A stretch of DNA of 64,000 nucleotides from an uncultured Gemmatimonadaceae bacterium (GTDB lineage: Bacteria; Latescibacterota; UBA2968; UBA8231), in contig CAZPXM010000003.1 of NCBI GenBank assembly GCA_964591015.1, positions 10,991 to 74,990 on the forward strand, given 5' to 3'. The position numbers and the translations under genes were made by a program. Shown here one piece after another: positions 7,926 through 16,487 of the stretch. Position 1 is the first letter of the stretch. Each line of letters starts with the position of its first letter. Under the pieces are notes generated by a model, which had not been told where the DNA came from, did not search any database, and saw nothing but the letters and a program-made list of their open reading frames with translations.

Positions 7926-9857
7926 CTACAGGCCGATGCGATGGCGCATCGCCTGCGTCTCGGCGCACCAGCACCCTACGTTCCAGCGCCCGAACACCCC
8001 CATGCCGCCCAGCGGATCGTCGCCGAAGTACACAGGCACATGGATCAGGGTCAGCCCGCGGTGGGCCCGGGCGCGTCCCAGCGCCTCCTGGAGCTCCGCG
8101 ACCGACCAGCCGCCGTGCAGTCCCTGGACGCCCGCCACCGCTCTCGCCCAGGCGGCGTAGTCCACCGCGACCCCGTCCCGCGTGGCGAAGTCGGTCCCGT
8201 ACTGGGCCCGCTGCAGCCCGGAGATGGCCCCCATGCGGCGGTTGTCCAGCACCACCAGGCAGCCGCTGGCGCCGTGTTCGACGCCGTCGATGATCACCTG
8301 CGGGCACATGGTGAACGAGCCGTCGCCGCTGATTGCCACCGCATACATGGGTCTGGACGCCAGCCCGGTGGCGAGCAGAGCCGAGGCCGCGAAGCCCATG
8401 TAGCTGGCCCCAGTCTCGGAGAAGGACTGCCCGAGACGGTCGTCCTCGACGATCTGGAACCCGTTGGCCTGCACGTCGCCGGCGTCGAAGAAGCAGGGTA
8501 CCTCCTGCTGGCGGGCCCAGTCCGTGATCGCCTTGATCGCGGCCGGCTGCGTGAGGACCTGCCGGCCCCAGACCGGATCGACCAGGGTTGGCTGCGCGTA
8601 GCGCGCCGCCTTGAAGCGCTCCCATTCCGCCTTGCGCTGGGCGCAGGCCTGAAGCCAGGACGATGGACTCTCCGCCGCGGCTGGGCTGGCGGGACCGCCG
8701 GTCTGGCGCTGATCCTGCCGCCTGGCCAGCGCAGCATTCAGCGACGCCAGGGTCGCCTTGGCGTCGCCGAGCAGAGGCACCGTACGCGCGTAGTGCGAGG
8801 CTGCATCCAGATCGGCGTTGATGCCGATGACGCGGCGCACGCGCGGATAGCCGGTGCGCGAGCAATCCGACTGGCAGACGCTGCGCGAGCCGATGGCGAC
8901 CAGCAGGTCGGCCTCCTCCATCGCATAGTTGCCGCACAGCGTGCCCTTGGACCCGCCCACGAGCATGTTGCGGGGGTGACGATAGGGGATCACGCCCATG
9001 GCTCGCGGGCTGAGCACCGCCACGCCATCGACCCGTTCGAGGAACTCGCAGAGCTCGGGCCCGGCCTGCACCGCACCTCCACCGACCTTGACGACCACGC
9101 GTGCGGCCGCCAGCAGCTCGTCGACGACGCGCTCGTACGCGCCGCCGTCGGCGGCCGCGCCCACGGCTGGAGGCGGCGCGCAGTCGAGCTCGTCGAAGCT
9201 GTAGTCCGGCAGGAGCGCAGGCTGCGTGTTGAGCGGCAGCAGGAGGAAGTAGGGGCCCGCGGCGTACGGATGGTCCACCGTGTGGCGCCCGCGGCGCAGC
9301 GCCGTGCCCAGCGCCAGCGGGGTGTGGAGCGAGTAGGCCCTGCCTGCGGCGCTGCACAGGCGCAGGAACGCGCCCTGCTCGTGCCCCGGCAGCTGCTGCA
9401 TGTTCGGCCCCTCGTCCTCGGTGGTCTCGTCCCCCAGCAGGTACCACACGCCGACGCCGTCAGAGGCCGCGACCAGCGAGGCGGCCAGCGCCTGCAGCGC
9501 CCCGGGCCCGATCGAGGTGACCACGGCGGCCTTCTCCCCCGTCAGCCATCGCAGCGCCACCGCCGCGTGCGAGGCCTCGATCTCGCTGCGGAGCCCGCAC
9601 GCGCGCAGCGCTCCCGCGCCATGGTACACGCGCAGCACCTCGCCGACCTCGGTGGAGCCGTGGCCCAACACGCACAGAAAGGTGCGCACATCCTGGCGCA
9701 GCAGCCCCAGGACCAGCGCCTCGGCCAAGGTCAGGTCGGCGCGCGGCGGCAGCGCACCCGCTGCCAGTGCGGCGTCCACGCTTCCCGCGCGGGCGATCGC
9801 GCCAGCGCGCGCTGCCCGCGCTGTAGCTCGCTCGGCTCTGTTCGCATCCACCTGCAT
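7926..9857 (-). CDS. Thiamine diphosphate-dependent enzyme (acetolactate synthase / IolD-like superfamily)
   Basis: ATG at 9857 with GGAGAG upstream. The protein is 643 aa. The TPP-binding motif ISGDGSFTM...LDNRRMG (GDG-x24-N) is present, and there is an N-terminal pyrimidine-binding domain. Confidence 0.85.
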   Translation of the reverse strand: MQVDANRAERATARAARAGAIARAGSVDAALAAGALPPRADLTLAEALVLGLLRQDVRTFLCVLGHGSTEVGEVLRVYHGAGALRACGLRSEIEASHAAVALRWLTGEKAAVVTSIGPGALQALAASLVAASDGVGVWYLLGDETTEDEGPNMQQLPGHEQGAFLRLCSAAGRAYSLHTPLALGTALRRGRHTVDHPYAAGPYFLLLPLNTQPALLPDYSFDELDCAPPPAVGAAADGGAYERVVDELLAAARVVVKVGGGAVQAGPELCEFLERVDGVAVLSPRAMGVIPYRHPRNMLVGGSKGTLCGNYAMEEADLLVAIGSRSVCQSDCSRTGYPRVRRVIGINADLDAASHYARTVPLLGDAKATLASLNAALARRQDQRQTGGPASPAAAESPSSWLQACAQRKAEWERFKAARYAQPTLVDPVWGRQVLTQPAAIKAITDWARQQEVPCFFDAGDVQANGFQIVEDDRLGQSFSETGASYMGFAASALLATGLASRPMYAVAISGDGSFTMCPQVIIDGVEHGASGCLVVLDNRRMGAISGLQRAQYGTDFATRDGVAVDYAAWARAVAGVQGLHGGWSVAELQEALGRARAHRGLTLIHVPVYFGDDPLGGMGVFGRWNVGCWCAETQAMRHRIGL

Positions 9858-10264
9858 CTCTCTCCTCGCTGCGCCCGGCGCCCGACCGCCCCGCTGGCCA
9901 TCGGCTGGGCCCGGCGCGCGGTCGGCGCGGCGCGGCAAAGCTACACGGGCCCGCTGGCCGGCGTCAAACGCGGCACCGAGCGTCGGCGCTTGCGGGACCC
10001 TCCCGGCGACCGGCTCGGGCGAGGCCGGCAGGCAGGCGGCCGCCGTCTTGCCTGCGCGGCCTGCCGCCACTACCCTCTTCGCCGCGTGCAGGCGCTGCGC
10101 GCGGCCGGAGTAAGGCGCGGCGCGGACAGCGAGGCCTGCGCGAGCGCCGGCGCCGAGGGACCTGCGGCGGCGCCGGTTCGCGTCGAGCAGGGCAACGCCG
10201 GGACTTCCCGCGGGCACGCCGGTTCGCGATCGCGCTGAACGATCATCGAGGGAGAGCCGCAACC

Positions 10265-11392
10265 ATGGCGTCCATGACTCGCCGCGAGCGTCTGACGGCC
10301 ATCTTCCACGGCCGCACCCCGGACCGTTCGGCCGTCAAGGTGTGGGGCGTCAGCACCAGGCACGATCCCTGCGTGCACCCACGCTACGCCGCGGTCCGCG
10401 ACCGCGCCCTCGAACTCACCGATCTGGTCCGGCACGCAACGGCGCCGTTCAACCTCTACTTCGGGGCGGCGGCAGCCAGGTGCACGGAGACGAGGATCGA
10501 GCCGACCAGCGACCCGGCCTGGGAGCTGCACGTCACCACCTACCACACGCCGGCAGGCGACCTGCGCCAGGTGTTCCGGGCCAGCACCCGGCAGCGCCCG
10601 GGGTACGTCACCGAGCATGCCCTCAAGGAGCCGGCCGACATACGACGCCTGCTCTCGGTACCGTACGAGCCTTTTCCGTTCGACGCCCAGGAGTACTTGC
10701 GGGCCGACGCCGAGACAGGGGACGCCGGTATCGCCATCTTCACGCTGGATCACGCCATGTACGGCCTCCAGCGGCTGATCGGTTCGGAGAACTTCGCCCT
10801 GTGGAGCGCCGACGGGGAGCCCCTGCTGCTGGCCGCGATGCAGGTCTTCGCGGAGCGCCTGCGCCGGCACGTGCAGGAGGCCATCGCCGCCGGCATCCGC
10901 GGCATCTTCGGCTGGGTCGGGCCGGAGCTGTGCATCCCGCCGCTGATGTCGCCGCAGGACTTCGAGCGCTACGTGTTCGCGCTCGATGCGCCGCTGGTGG
11001 ACCTGATCCGCTCAGCGGGAGGTCGGGTCTGGGTGCACGCCCACGGGCGCATGGGGCCGGTGCTGCGGCGTTTCGCCGCCATGGGCGTCGACGTGTTGAA
11101 CCCTGTCGAGCCGCCCCCTATGGGCGATGTGTCGCTCGCCGAGGCGTTCGCCAGCGTCGGGGACCGCATGGGTCTGGAAGGCAACATCGAGACGCACGAC
11201 CTGATGACCGCGACTCCCGAGGAGCTGCGGGGAAAGATCCACGCCGCCCTCGACGCCGGCCGCGGCCGCCGCTTCATCCTCTGTCCCAGCTCGGGCTACA
11301 TGGAGAACGTGGAGCCCTCTCCCGCGCAGATCCGCAACTGGCTGCTGTACATCGAGGAGGGGGTTCGGTACGCCAACAGCCTGGCGGCATGA
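10265..11392 (+). CDS. Uroporphyrinogen decarboxylase (URO-D)-like family protein
   Basis: The N-terminus ERLTAIFHGRTPDRSAVKVWG is typical of URO-D/MtaA-like proteins. The protein is 375 aa with a TIM-barrel-like composition. Confidence 0.7.
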   Translation: MASMTRRERLTAIFHGRTPDRSAVKVWGVSTRHDPCVHPRYAAVRDRALELTDLVRHATAPFNLYFGAAAARCTETRIEPTSDPAWELHVTTYHTPAGDLRQVFRASTRQRPGYVTEHALKEPADIRRLLSVPYEPFPFDAQEYLRADAETGDAGIAIFTLDHAMYGLQRLIGSENFALWSADGEPLLLAAMQVFAERLRRHVQEAIAAGIRGIFGWVGPELCIPPLMSPQDFERYVFALDAPLVDLIRSAGGRVWVHAHGRMGPVLRRFAAMGVDVLNPVEPPPMGDVSLAEAFASVGDRMGLEGNIETHDLMTATPEELRGKIHAALDAGRGRRFILCPSSGYMENVEPSPAQIRNWLLYIEEGVRYANSLAA

Positions 11393-11443
11393 GAGCGCGG
11401 CGGGCGCCCATGCGCACGCCGCCGACCCCCGACCTGGCGCCGC

Positions 11444-12061
11444 TCAGGGTTGGTCGCGCCAGTAGCTGCCGGGGCTGATGTCTGGCGAGTCGCGATGCCG
11501 GTTCCTCGTCGCCCGGGCACAGCCGTTGCGGGCCCGGATCTCGTCGCGCAGGTGCAGCCACGACGCCACGCGGATCCAGACCATGGCGGGCGCCCAGGCC
11601 GCGGCCCCGGCCCTGCCCGTGGCCACGGCCGTCCCCGCCGCCACCGCCGTGACGCCCGCCAGCACCAGCGCCATGCGCCCCTCGCCCGCGTAGAGGTACC
11701 CGGCGCCGGGGAGCATCAGCTCCGCAGCCAGAGCCCTGCCGAGCGGCACACGCACCGGCAGTACCTGGAGGTCACCGGCTCTCGGCAGCGGCGCGACCTC
11801 GCGGAGATCGGCCAGCGCAAGCGCCAGCGTCTGCTCGTACAGCGGACCGAGACGCCGCCGCACCACCACCGTGTCTCCGGCAACGGCCTCGACCTTCAGC
11901 GTCAGGTGTTCTCCCGTCGCCACGACAGCCTCTGCCCACCCCTGCTCTGCCTGCAGCCGGCGGAGGACAAGCGCGAGCGAGTCTGCGCCCGCGTCAGCTC
12001 CCGCGGGAACTGCCAGCAGCGCTGTCAGGGCGACCGACCAGACGGCTGCGGTCCAGGGCAT
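11444..12061 (-). CDS. Hypothetical secreted/membrane protein
   Basis: It has a plausible signal peptide (MPWTAAVWSVALTALLAVPAGA) and a C-terminal hydrophobic segment. It fills an otherwise empty 940-bp gap. The competing plus-strand ORF 11450..12088 is R/P/G-rich junk. Confidence 0.4.
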   Translation of the reverse strand: MPWTAAVWSVALTALLAVPAGADAGADSLALVLRRLQAEQGWAEAVVATGEHLTLKVEAVAGDTVVVRRRLGPLYEQTLALALADLREVAPLPRAGDLQVLPVRVPLGRALAAELMLPGAGYLYAGEGRMALVLAGVTAVAAGTAVATGRAGAAAWAPAMVWIRVASWLHLRDEIRARNGCARATRNRHRDSPDISPGSYWRDQP

Positions 12062-12335
12062 GGCGGCATCCTTGCTGTCTCATGTTGACGGCCGAATCTA
12101 TTGCACGGCATCGCGTTTGCGGCGTGCACAATCTAGGACGGGCAGCACCGGCGAGTCAAGCGCCGAGCGCCCGGGAGAGCCGGGTCTGCGCGCCACACGG
12201 ACGCCCCACACACCCTCGCGTCGCCGCGGCAGCCATGCTGCCGGCTCGTTGCCCGGGTCCGGCACCCCGCCTACCTTCCACGCAGGCTGCCGACCGCGTC
12301 GCCCGCGTCACACCCAAGGGTGTGGATGGGGCTGA

Positions 12336-13175
12336 ATGGGGCCAGCCAACGAGATCAGGCAAGCCGTGGACATGCTGACCTGCGTGGAGAAAGACGCCCT
12401 GCTGGCCGCCGCGGTGCAGGCCGCCCGAGCGGCCGGCGCCATCGCGCGGCGCCACCTTGCCGCCGGGCTGACGGTTGGCAGCGAGGGCGTTGCCGGTCCG
12501 GTGACTGCGGCTGACCTGGAGGGAGATGCATGTCTCAGATCCCTGCTGCTGGGTGCCTGTCCCGACTGCGGCTGGCTGTCCGAAGAGACCCCGGACTCGC
12601 CTGACCGCCTTGACCGCCAGTGCGTCTGGGTGGTGGATCCTCTGGACGGAACCAGGGAGTATATGGAGGGGCTGGACGAGTACGCGGTCGCGGTCGCCCT
12701 GGTCGCCGGCGGCGAACCCGTGCTGGCTGTGGTCTACAACCCCGCGCGCGACGAGCTGTTCACGGCTGTCCGCGGCCGGGGCAGCTTTCGCAACGGCGAC
12801 CGAGTGGCGTGCACGCGCGACGATACGCTGGGTCGCTGCACGGTGCTGGCCAGCCCGCGCACGATCCGCCGCGGCGAGCTCGCGTCGCTGGACGCCGAAG
12901 TGGGCCGGCTCGAACCGGTGGGCAGCCTGGCCTACCGGCTGGCGCTGGTGGCGGCCGGCCTGGCCGGCGCGGCGGTCACCGTGCGGCCCAAGAGCGAGTG
13001 GGACGTGTGTGCCGGCGATCTGCTGGTGCGCGAGGCCGAGGGATGCACCCGCGACCTGGCCGGCAGGACGCCCCGGTACAATCAGCCGAAGCCGGTGTTC
13101 CGCGCCGGCCTGGTGGCCGGCGCTCCGCAGCTGGTCCAGCCGCTGATCGAGCGGTTGCGCGCCCACCGACCCTGA
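12336..13175 (+). CDS. Inositol monophosphatase family protein (SuhB/CysQ-like)
   Basis: WVVDPLDGTREY is the IMPase family metal-binding motif. An alternative start at 12372 (MLTCVEK) is possible. Confidence 0.8.
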   Translation: MGPANEIRQAVDMLTCVEKDALLAAAVQAARAAGAIARRHLAAGLTVGSEGVAGPVTAADLEGDACLRSLLLGACPDCGWLSEETPDSPDRLDRQCVWVVDPLDGTREYMEGLDEYAVAVALVAGGEPVLAVVYNPARDELFTAVRGRGSFRNGDRVACTRDDTLGRCTVLASPRTIRRGELASLDAEVGRLEPVGSLAYRLALVAAGLAGAAVTVRPKSEWDVCAGDLLVREAEGCTRDLAGRTPRYNQPKPVFRAGLVAGAPQLVQPLIERLRAHRP

Positions 13176-13193
13176 GGCGCGGAAGAGACGACG

Positions 13194-13832
13194 GTGCCTG
13201 CGCAGACGCTGGTAGTGGGGATCGCCGGCCCCTCGGGCTGCGGGAAGTCCGTGCTGGCTGATACCGTCGTCGCCCGGTCGAGGCGAAGAGCCGCTGCCCT
13301 GCCCATCGACGCCTACTACCGGGACCTGAGCCAGCTTCCTCCGGCCGCCAGAGCCGCGACGAACTTCGACTGCCCGGAGGCATTCGACCATGCCCTCCTG
13401 TTCGCCCAAGTCCGCGCCCTGAGCAACGGTCGGTCCGTGCATCGCCCGGTGTACGACTTCGCCACCCACACCCGGGCCTCGGCCACCGTTGCCGTCGGGC
13501 CCGTCGACCTGCTGGTGGTGGAGGGCGTGTTCGCGCTCTACTGGCCTGTGCTGCTGGCCCGGTACCGGCTGCGCGTGTTCCTCGCCGCTCCCGATGAGGT
13601 GTGCCTGCAGCGGCGGCTCCTGCGCGACGCGGGACAGCGCGCCCGCACGCCGGCAGCGGTCCGCCGCCAGTACGCGACGCACGTGCGGCCCATGTACCTG
13701 CGCTACGTGGAACCCACCCGCAGCCTCGCCGACCTCGTCCTGGACGGCACCGCGCCCGCCGCAGCCAACGCCGAACGCATCGAGCAGGCGCTGGCTTGCC
13801 CGCCGCCGCGGACCGGCGCCGCCGGCGAGTGA
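13194..13832 (+). CDS. Uridine kinase-like P-loop kinase (PRK/uridine kinase family)
   Basis: GTG start. The P-loop is GIAGPSGCGKS. The protein is 212 aa. Confidence 0.7.
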   Translation: MPAQTLVVGIAGPSGCGKSVLADTVVARSRRRAAALPIDAYYRDLSQLPPAARAATNFDCPEAFDHALLFAQVRALSNGRSVHRPVYDFATHTRASATVAVGPVDLLVVEGVFALYWPVLLARYRLRVFLAAPDEVCLQRRLLRDAGQRARTPAAVRRQYATHVRPMYLRYVEPTRSLADLVLDGTAPAAANAERIEQALACPPPRTGAAGE

Positions 13833-13896
13833 GGCAGCCGCGCCACTGGACCACGGCGCCGGCGCCGGGCCGCGCCTGCCTGCCGGAGATTTCATC

Positions 13897-14649
13897 TCAG
13901 ATTTCGGCCAGCACGTCGACCGGCAGCCAGCCGCCCAGCCCGTTGCACAGCCGCACCAACAGCCACCTCCCCTGACGCCGCTCGACGACCACCTTCGTGC
14001 CCTCATGGGCCGCGAAGACGACGGTCTGGCCCTCGTCGGGACCGCTGCGCGCCTGGGCCTCGGGCGCGGTCAGCACGGCCTCGGTCGTGGTGGTGCTGTG
14101 GTAGATCCGCGCGCCGAGCCACACCCCGGTGAGGGCCAGGACGCAGGCAGCGGCCACCAGCGCCACAGTCCACGCCGTGCGGGCGCTGGCCCACCCGAGA
14201 ACCCTGCTGCACCCCAGCGCGAACAGCGCCAGAAGAGCCACCGAAGCCGTCGCGCACAGCTCGTTGGGCGTCGGGTAGGAAAACGCCGCCGCCAGCGCCC
14301 GCCACAGACCGCCTCCCTCCACCGGGTCCGCATCCGCCTTCCTCGCGTTGGCGAAGCGAAGGTTGTGCCTGATGTCCGGGTCCCGGGGCGCGAGCCGCCT
14401 GGCGCGCTCGTACCACAGGATGGCCTCGCCCAGCTCTCCCGCCTTGTAGTAGGCGTTGCCCAGGTTGTAGAACAGACGAGCATCGCGGACGCCCGCAGCC
14501 ACCGCCTGTAGGTACAGGTCGCGCGCCTGCTGGTAGTCCCCCTCGGCGTAGTGCCGATTCGCCTCGTTGTACAGGCCGACGGCAGCGCTCTGTCCCGCGG
14601 CGGCGCTGGCCGTCACCAGCAGCAGCGTCAGGGCGGCACCCAGGCTCAT
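13897..14649 (-). CDS. batE: BatE-like protein (signal peptide, TPR repeats, TM segment, C-terminal SH3-like domain)
   Basis: ATG at 14649 forms an ATGA overlap with the upstream stop. The signal peptide is MSLGAALTLLLVTASAAAG. TPR-like repeats (YNLGNAYYKAGELGEAILWYERA) are present, and the C-terminus resembles a bacterial SH3 domain. It is the last gene of the operon. Confidence 0.7.
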   Translation of the reverse strand: MSLGAALTLLLVTASAAAGQSAAVGLYNEANRHYAEGDYQQARDLYLQAVAAGVRDARLFYNLGNAYYKAGELGEAILWYERARRLAPRDPDIRHNLRFANARKADADPVEGGGLWRALAAAFSYPTPNELCATASVALLALFALGCSRVLGWASARTAWTVALVAAACVLALTGVWLGARIYHSTTTTEAVLTAPEAQARSGPDEGQTVVFAAHEGTKVVVERRQGRWLLVRLCNGLGGWLPVDVLAEI

Positions 14650-16487
14650 ATCAGCTTCCCCAGTTGCTCGACGAGCCGGGCGGCACGCTCGTGCAGCCGC
14701 TCCATCGCGGGGCGGTCGGCGGCCGCCTGGGCGAAGCGAGCCACCTCGCACGCTTCGATGACATCGGCCACTTCGCGCTGCAGCGTCTCGGAGACACCCC
14801 GGGCAGCCAGCGCCGCGACGCAGTCGCTCCTGCCCAAGCCTGCCACCGGCAGGTTGAGCCGGTCGCTCAGGAAGGCCAGCACTGCTCGCTGGATCTCGGC
14901 ATGGAAACCCGGGCCGTCGTTGGCGGCGAGCAACTGGCTGGCCCTGGCCAGCCGGCGGGCTGCCTCGCCCCTTGCGCGCCGGCGGCGCGCGTAGGCGACG
15001 TCTCCCTGCAGGCGCTGCCGGTGTCGCTGGTGGAGCACCAGCCCGCCGAATGCCACCGGCAGCAGCGCCTGCGACAGCCAGTAGATCCAGCTGGCATGCA
15101 GGCGGACAGCGTTCCCGAGCTCCTGGGTGTCGGGCTTGATGTAGCGGATATCGGTGCCCAGGGCCTCGATGTCGTGGCGCTCGGCGCCCCATCCTCCCCA
15201 GGCGGGCCCGTGGCCTGAAGCGCTGCTGGCCTGGACTCGCGCGGGCGGTACCGCGCGCTCCAGCACCCGGTACCGGGCCGCACCGGGGTCGAAGAAGGCG
15301 AAGCGCACGGGCTCGAGCTGGAGCAGCCCGCCCCTGTCCGGAATCAGGATGTACTCGAAGACCCGCGTCCCGCCGACGCGATCGCCAGCCACCCGTGCCT
15401 CGGTCTGGATCTCGGGGTCGTGGATCCGCGCCCCCGGCGGCACCGGCACCTGGGGCGCCGGGATCGCGTCCATGTTGCCCCAGCCCTCGACCGTCACCCG
15501 CAAGGTGACCGGATCGCCCACGCTGACCTCGGCAGGCGCCAGCTCGACCCGCATGTCGAAGTCGCCGACGGCGCCGGCGAACAGCGGCGGCTTGCCGCCA
15601 TCCGGCAGGGGAAGGACGCGAATCAGGACCGAGTCGCTGGGAACCAGCACGGTGCGACCAGGACGGGCGAAGAACGGATCCTCGAAGATGTCGTCGAACA
15701 GCGACCCGCGCCCCGCGCGCCGCACGGGGATGTCGCAGGAGACCACCAGGGGCTCCACGACCTGACGGCCGGCGCGCGTCGGGAACAGCGCTACCCGGCG
15801 CAGCAGTGCGACGTTGTAGGCGGTGCCCCCGATCACCTCGCGGCGGTCCTGCAACGTCTGCGCCGCGAAGAGCTCCTTGACCCAGAATCCGGCGAACGCC
15901 GGCACCGTCTTCAGCCCGACGTTCTCCAGTCGGATCCGGTAGCACAGCTCGTACTCGAGGATCACGGGCTCGCCGACGTAGACCTGGTCGCGGCTCGGCC
16001 GGACGCGGACGAAGACCTGATCGTTGGCCGCGGCTGCGGTCCCGCCAGCGGTCTTCGGCGCGCCCGGTGCCCTCCCGGGGGTGACCTCGAGCGTGATCGC
16101 GTTAGCCGAGTATGGGCGCCCGTCCACGACGATCCGCGCCGGACCGATGGCGAGCAGGCCCGCCCGGCGCGGGTAGAGCGTGTAGACCAGCTCGCGCGTG
16201 TGGCTCACGCGCTGCTGCAGGTTGACGATGTTGACGCTGGTCCGTGTGCTGACGAGCGGTCCCTCGACATGAAAGGCGCTCAGGTCCAGTTCTGGCGTGC
16301 CCACCTGGCCGAGTCCCTTGTCGGATTCCACGCTGAGCGTCAGCGTCACGGGTTCCATGACTGCCACCTGCTGGCGATCGACCCATGCCTGGAAGCTCAC
16401 GTCCGCCACGGCCGCACCTGCGGCCAGCACGACGCCCAGGCACGCGCCACAGATCCGCCGCCGTGGTCCCATCACCTTACCAGTCAT
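14646..16487 (-). CDS. batD: BatD-like oxygen-tolerance-family protein
   Basis: The protein is 613 aa with an N-terminal signal peptide and a large periplasmic beta-rich region. There is a TM segment and a C-terminal helical tail. It lies between the TPR protein and the BatE-like protein. Confidence 0.7.
   Translation of the reverse strand: MTGKVMGPRRRICGACLGVVLAAGAAVADVSFQAWVDRQQVAVMEPVTLTLSVESDKGLGQVGTPELDLSAFHVEGPLVSTRTSVNIVNLQQRVSHTRELVYTLYPRRAGLLAIGPARIVVDGRPYSANAITLEVTPGRAPGAPKTAGGTAAAANDQVFVRVRPSRDQVYVGEPVILEYELCYRIRLENVGLKTVPAFAGFWVKELFAAQTLQDRREVIGGTAYNVALLRRVALFPTRAGRQVVEPLVVSCDIPVRRAGRGSLFDDIFEDPFFARPGRTVLVPSDSVLIRVLPLPDGGKPPLFAGAVGDFDMRVELAPAEVSVGDPVTLRVTVEGWGNMDAIPAPQVPVPPGARIHDPEIQTEARVAGDRVGGTRVFEYILIPDRGGLLQLEPVRFAFFDPGAARYRVLERAVPPARVQASSASGHGPAWGGWGAERHDIEALGTDIRYIKPDTQELGNAVRLHASWIYWLSQALLPVAFGGLVLHQRHRQRLQGDVAYARRRRARGEAARRLARASQLLAANDGPGFHAEIQRAVLAFLSDRLNLPVAGLGRSDCVAALAARGVSETLQREVADVIEACEVARFAQAAADRPAMERLHERAARLVEQLGKLI

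Noticed and set aside
6739-9447. 902-aa extension of the Gfo/Idh/MocA ORF
   Set aside because: The Rossmann N-terminus begins at ATG 7911. The upstream 1.5 kb is out of frame with, and overlaps, the TPP-enzyme gene.
7941-10238. 765-aa plus-strand ORF antisense to the TPP-enzyme and Gfo/Idh/MocA genes
   Set aside because: Arg/Gly/Pro-dominated low-complexity translation with no motifs. The opposite strand has clear TPP and Rossmann signatures.
13833-13896. GGCGC-cgggcc-GCGCC hairpin between the convergent udk-like and batE genes as a bidirectional terminator
   Set aside because: The stem is short (5 bp) and no U-run follows on either strand. It is too weak to call.
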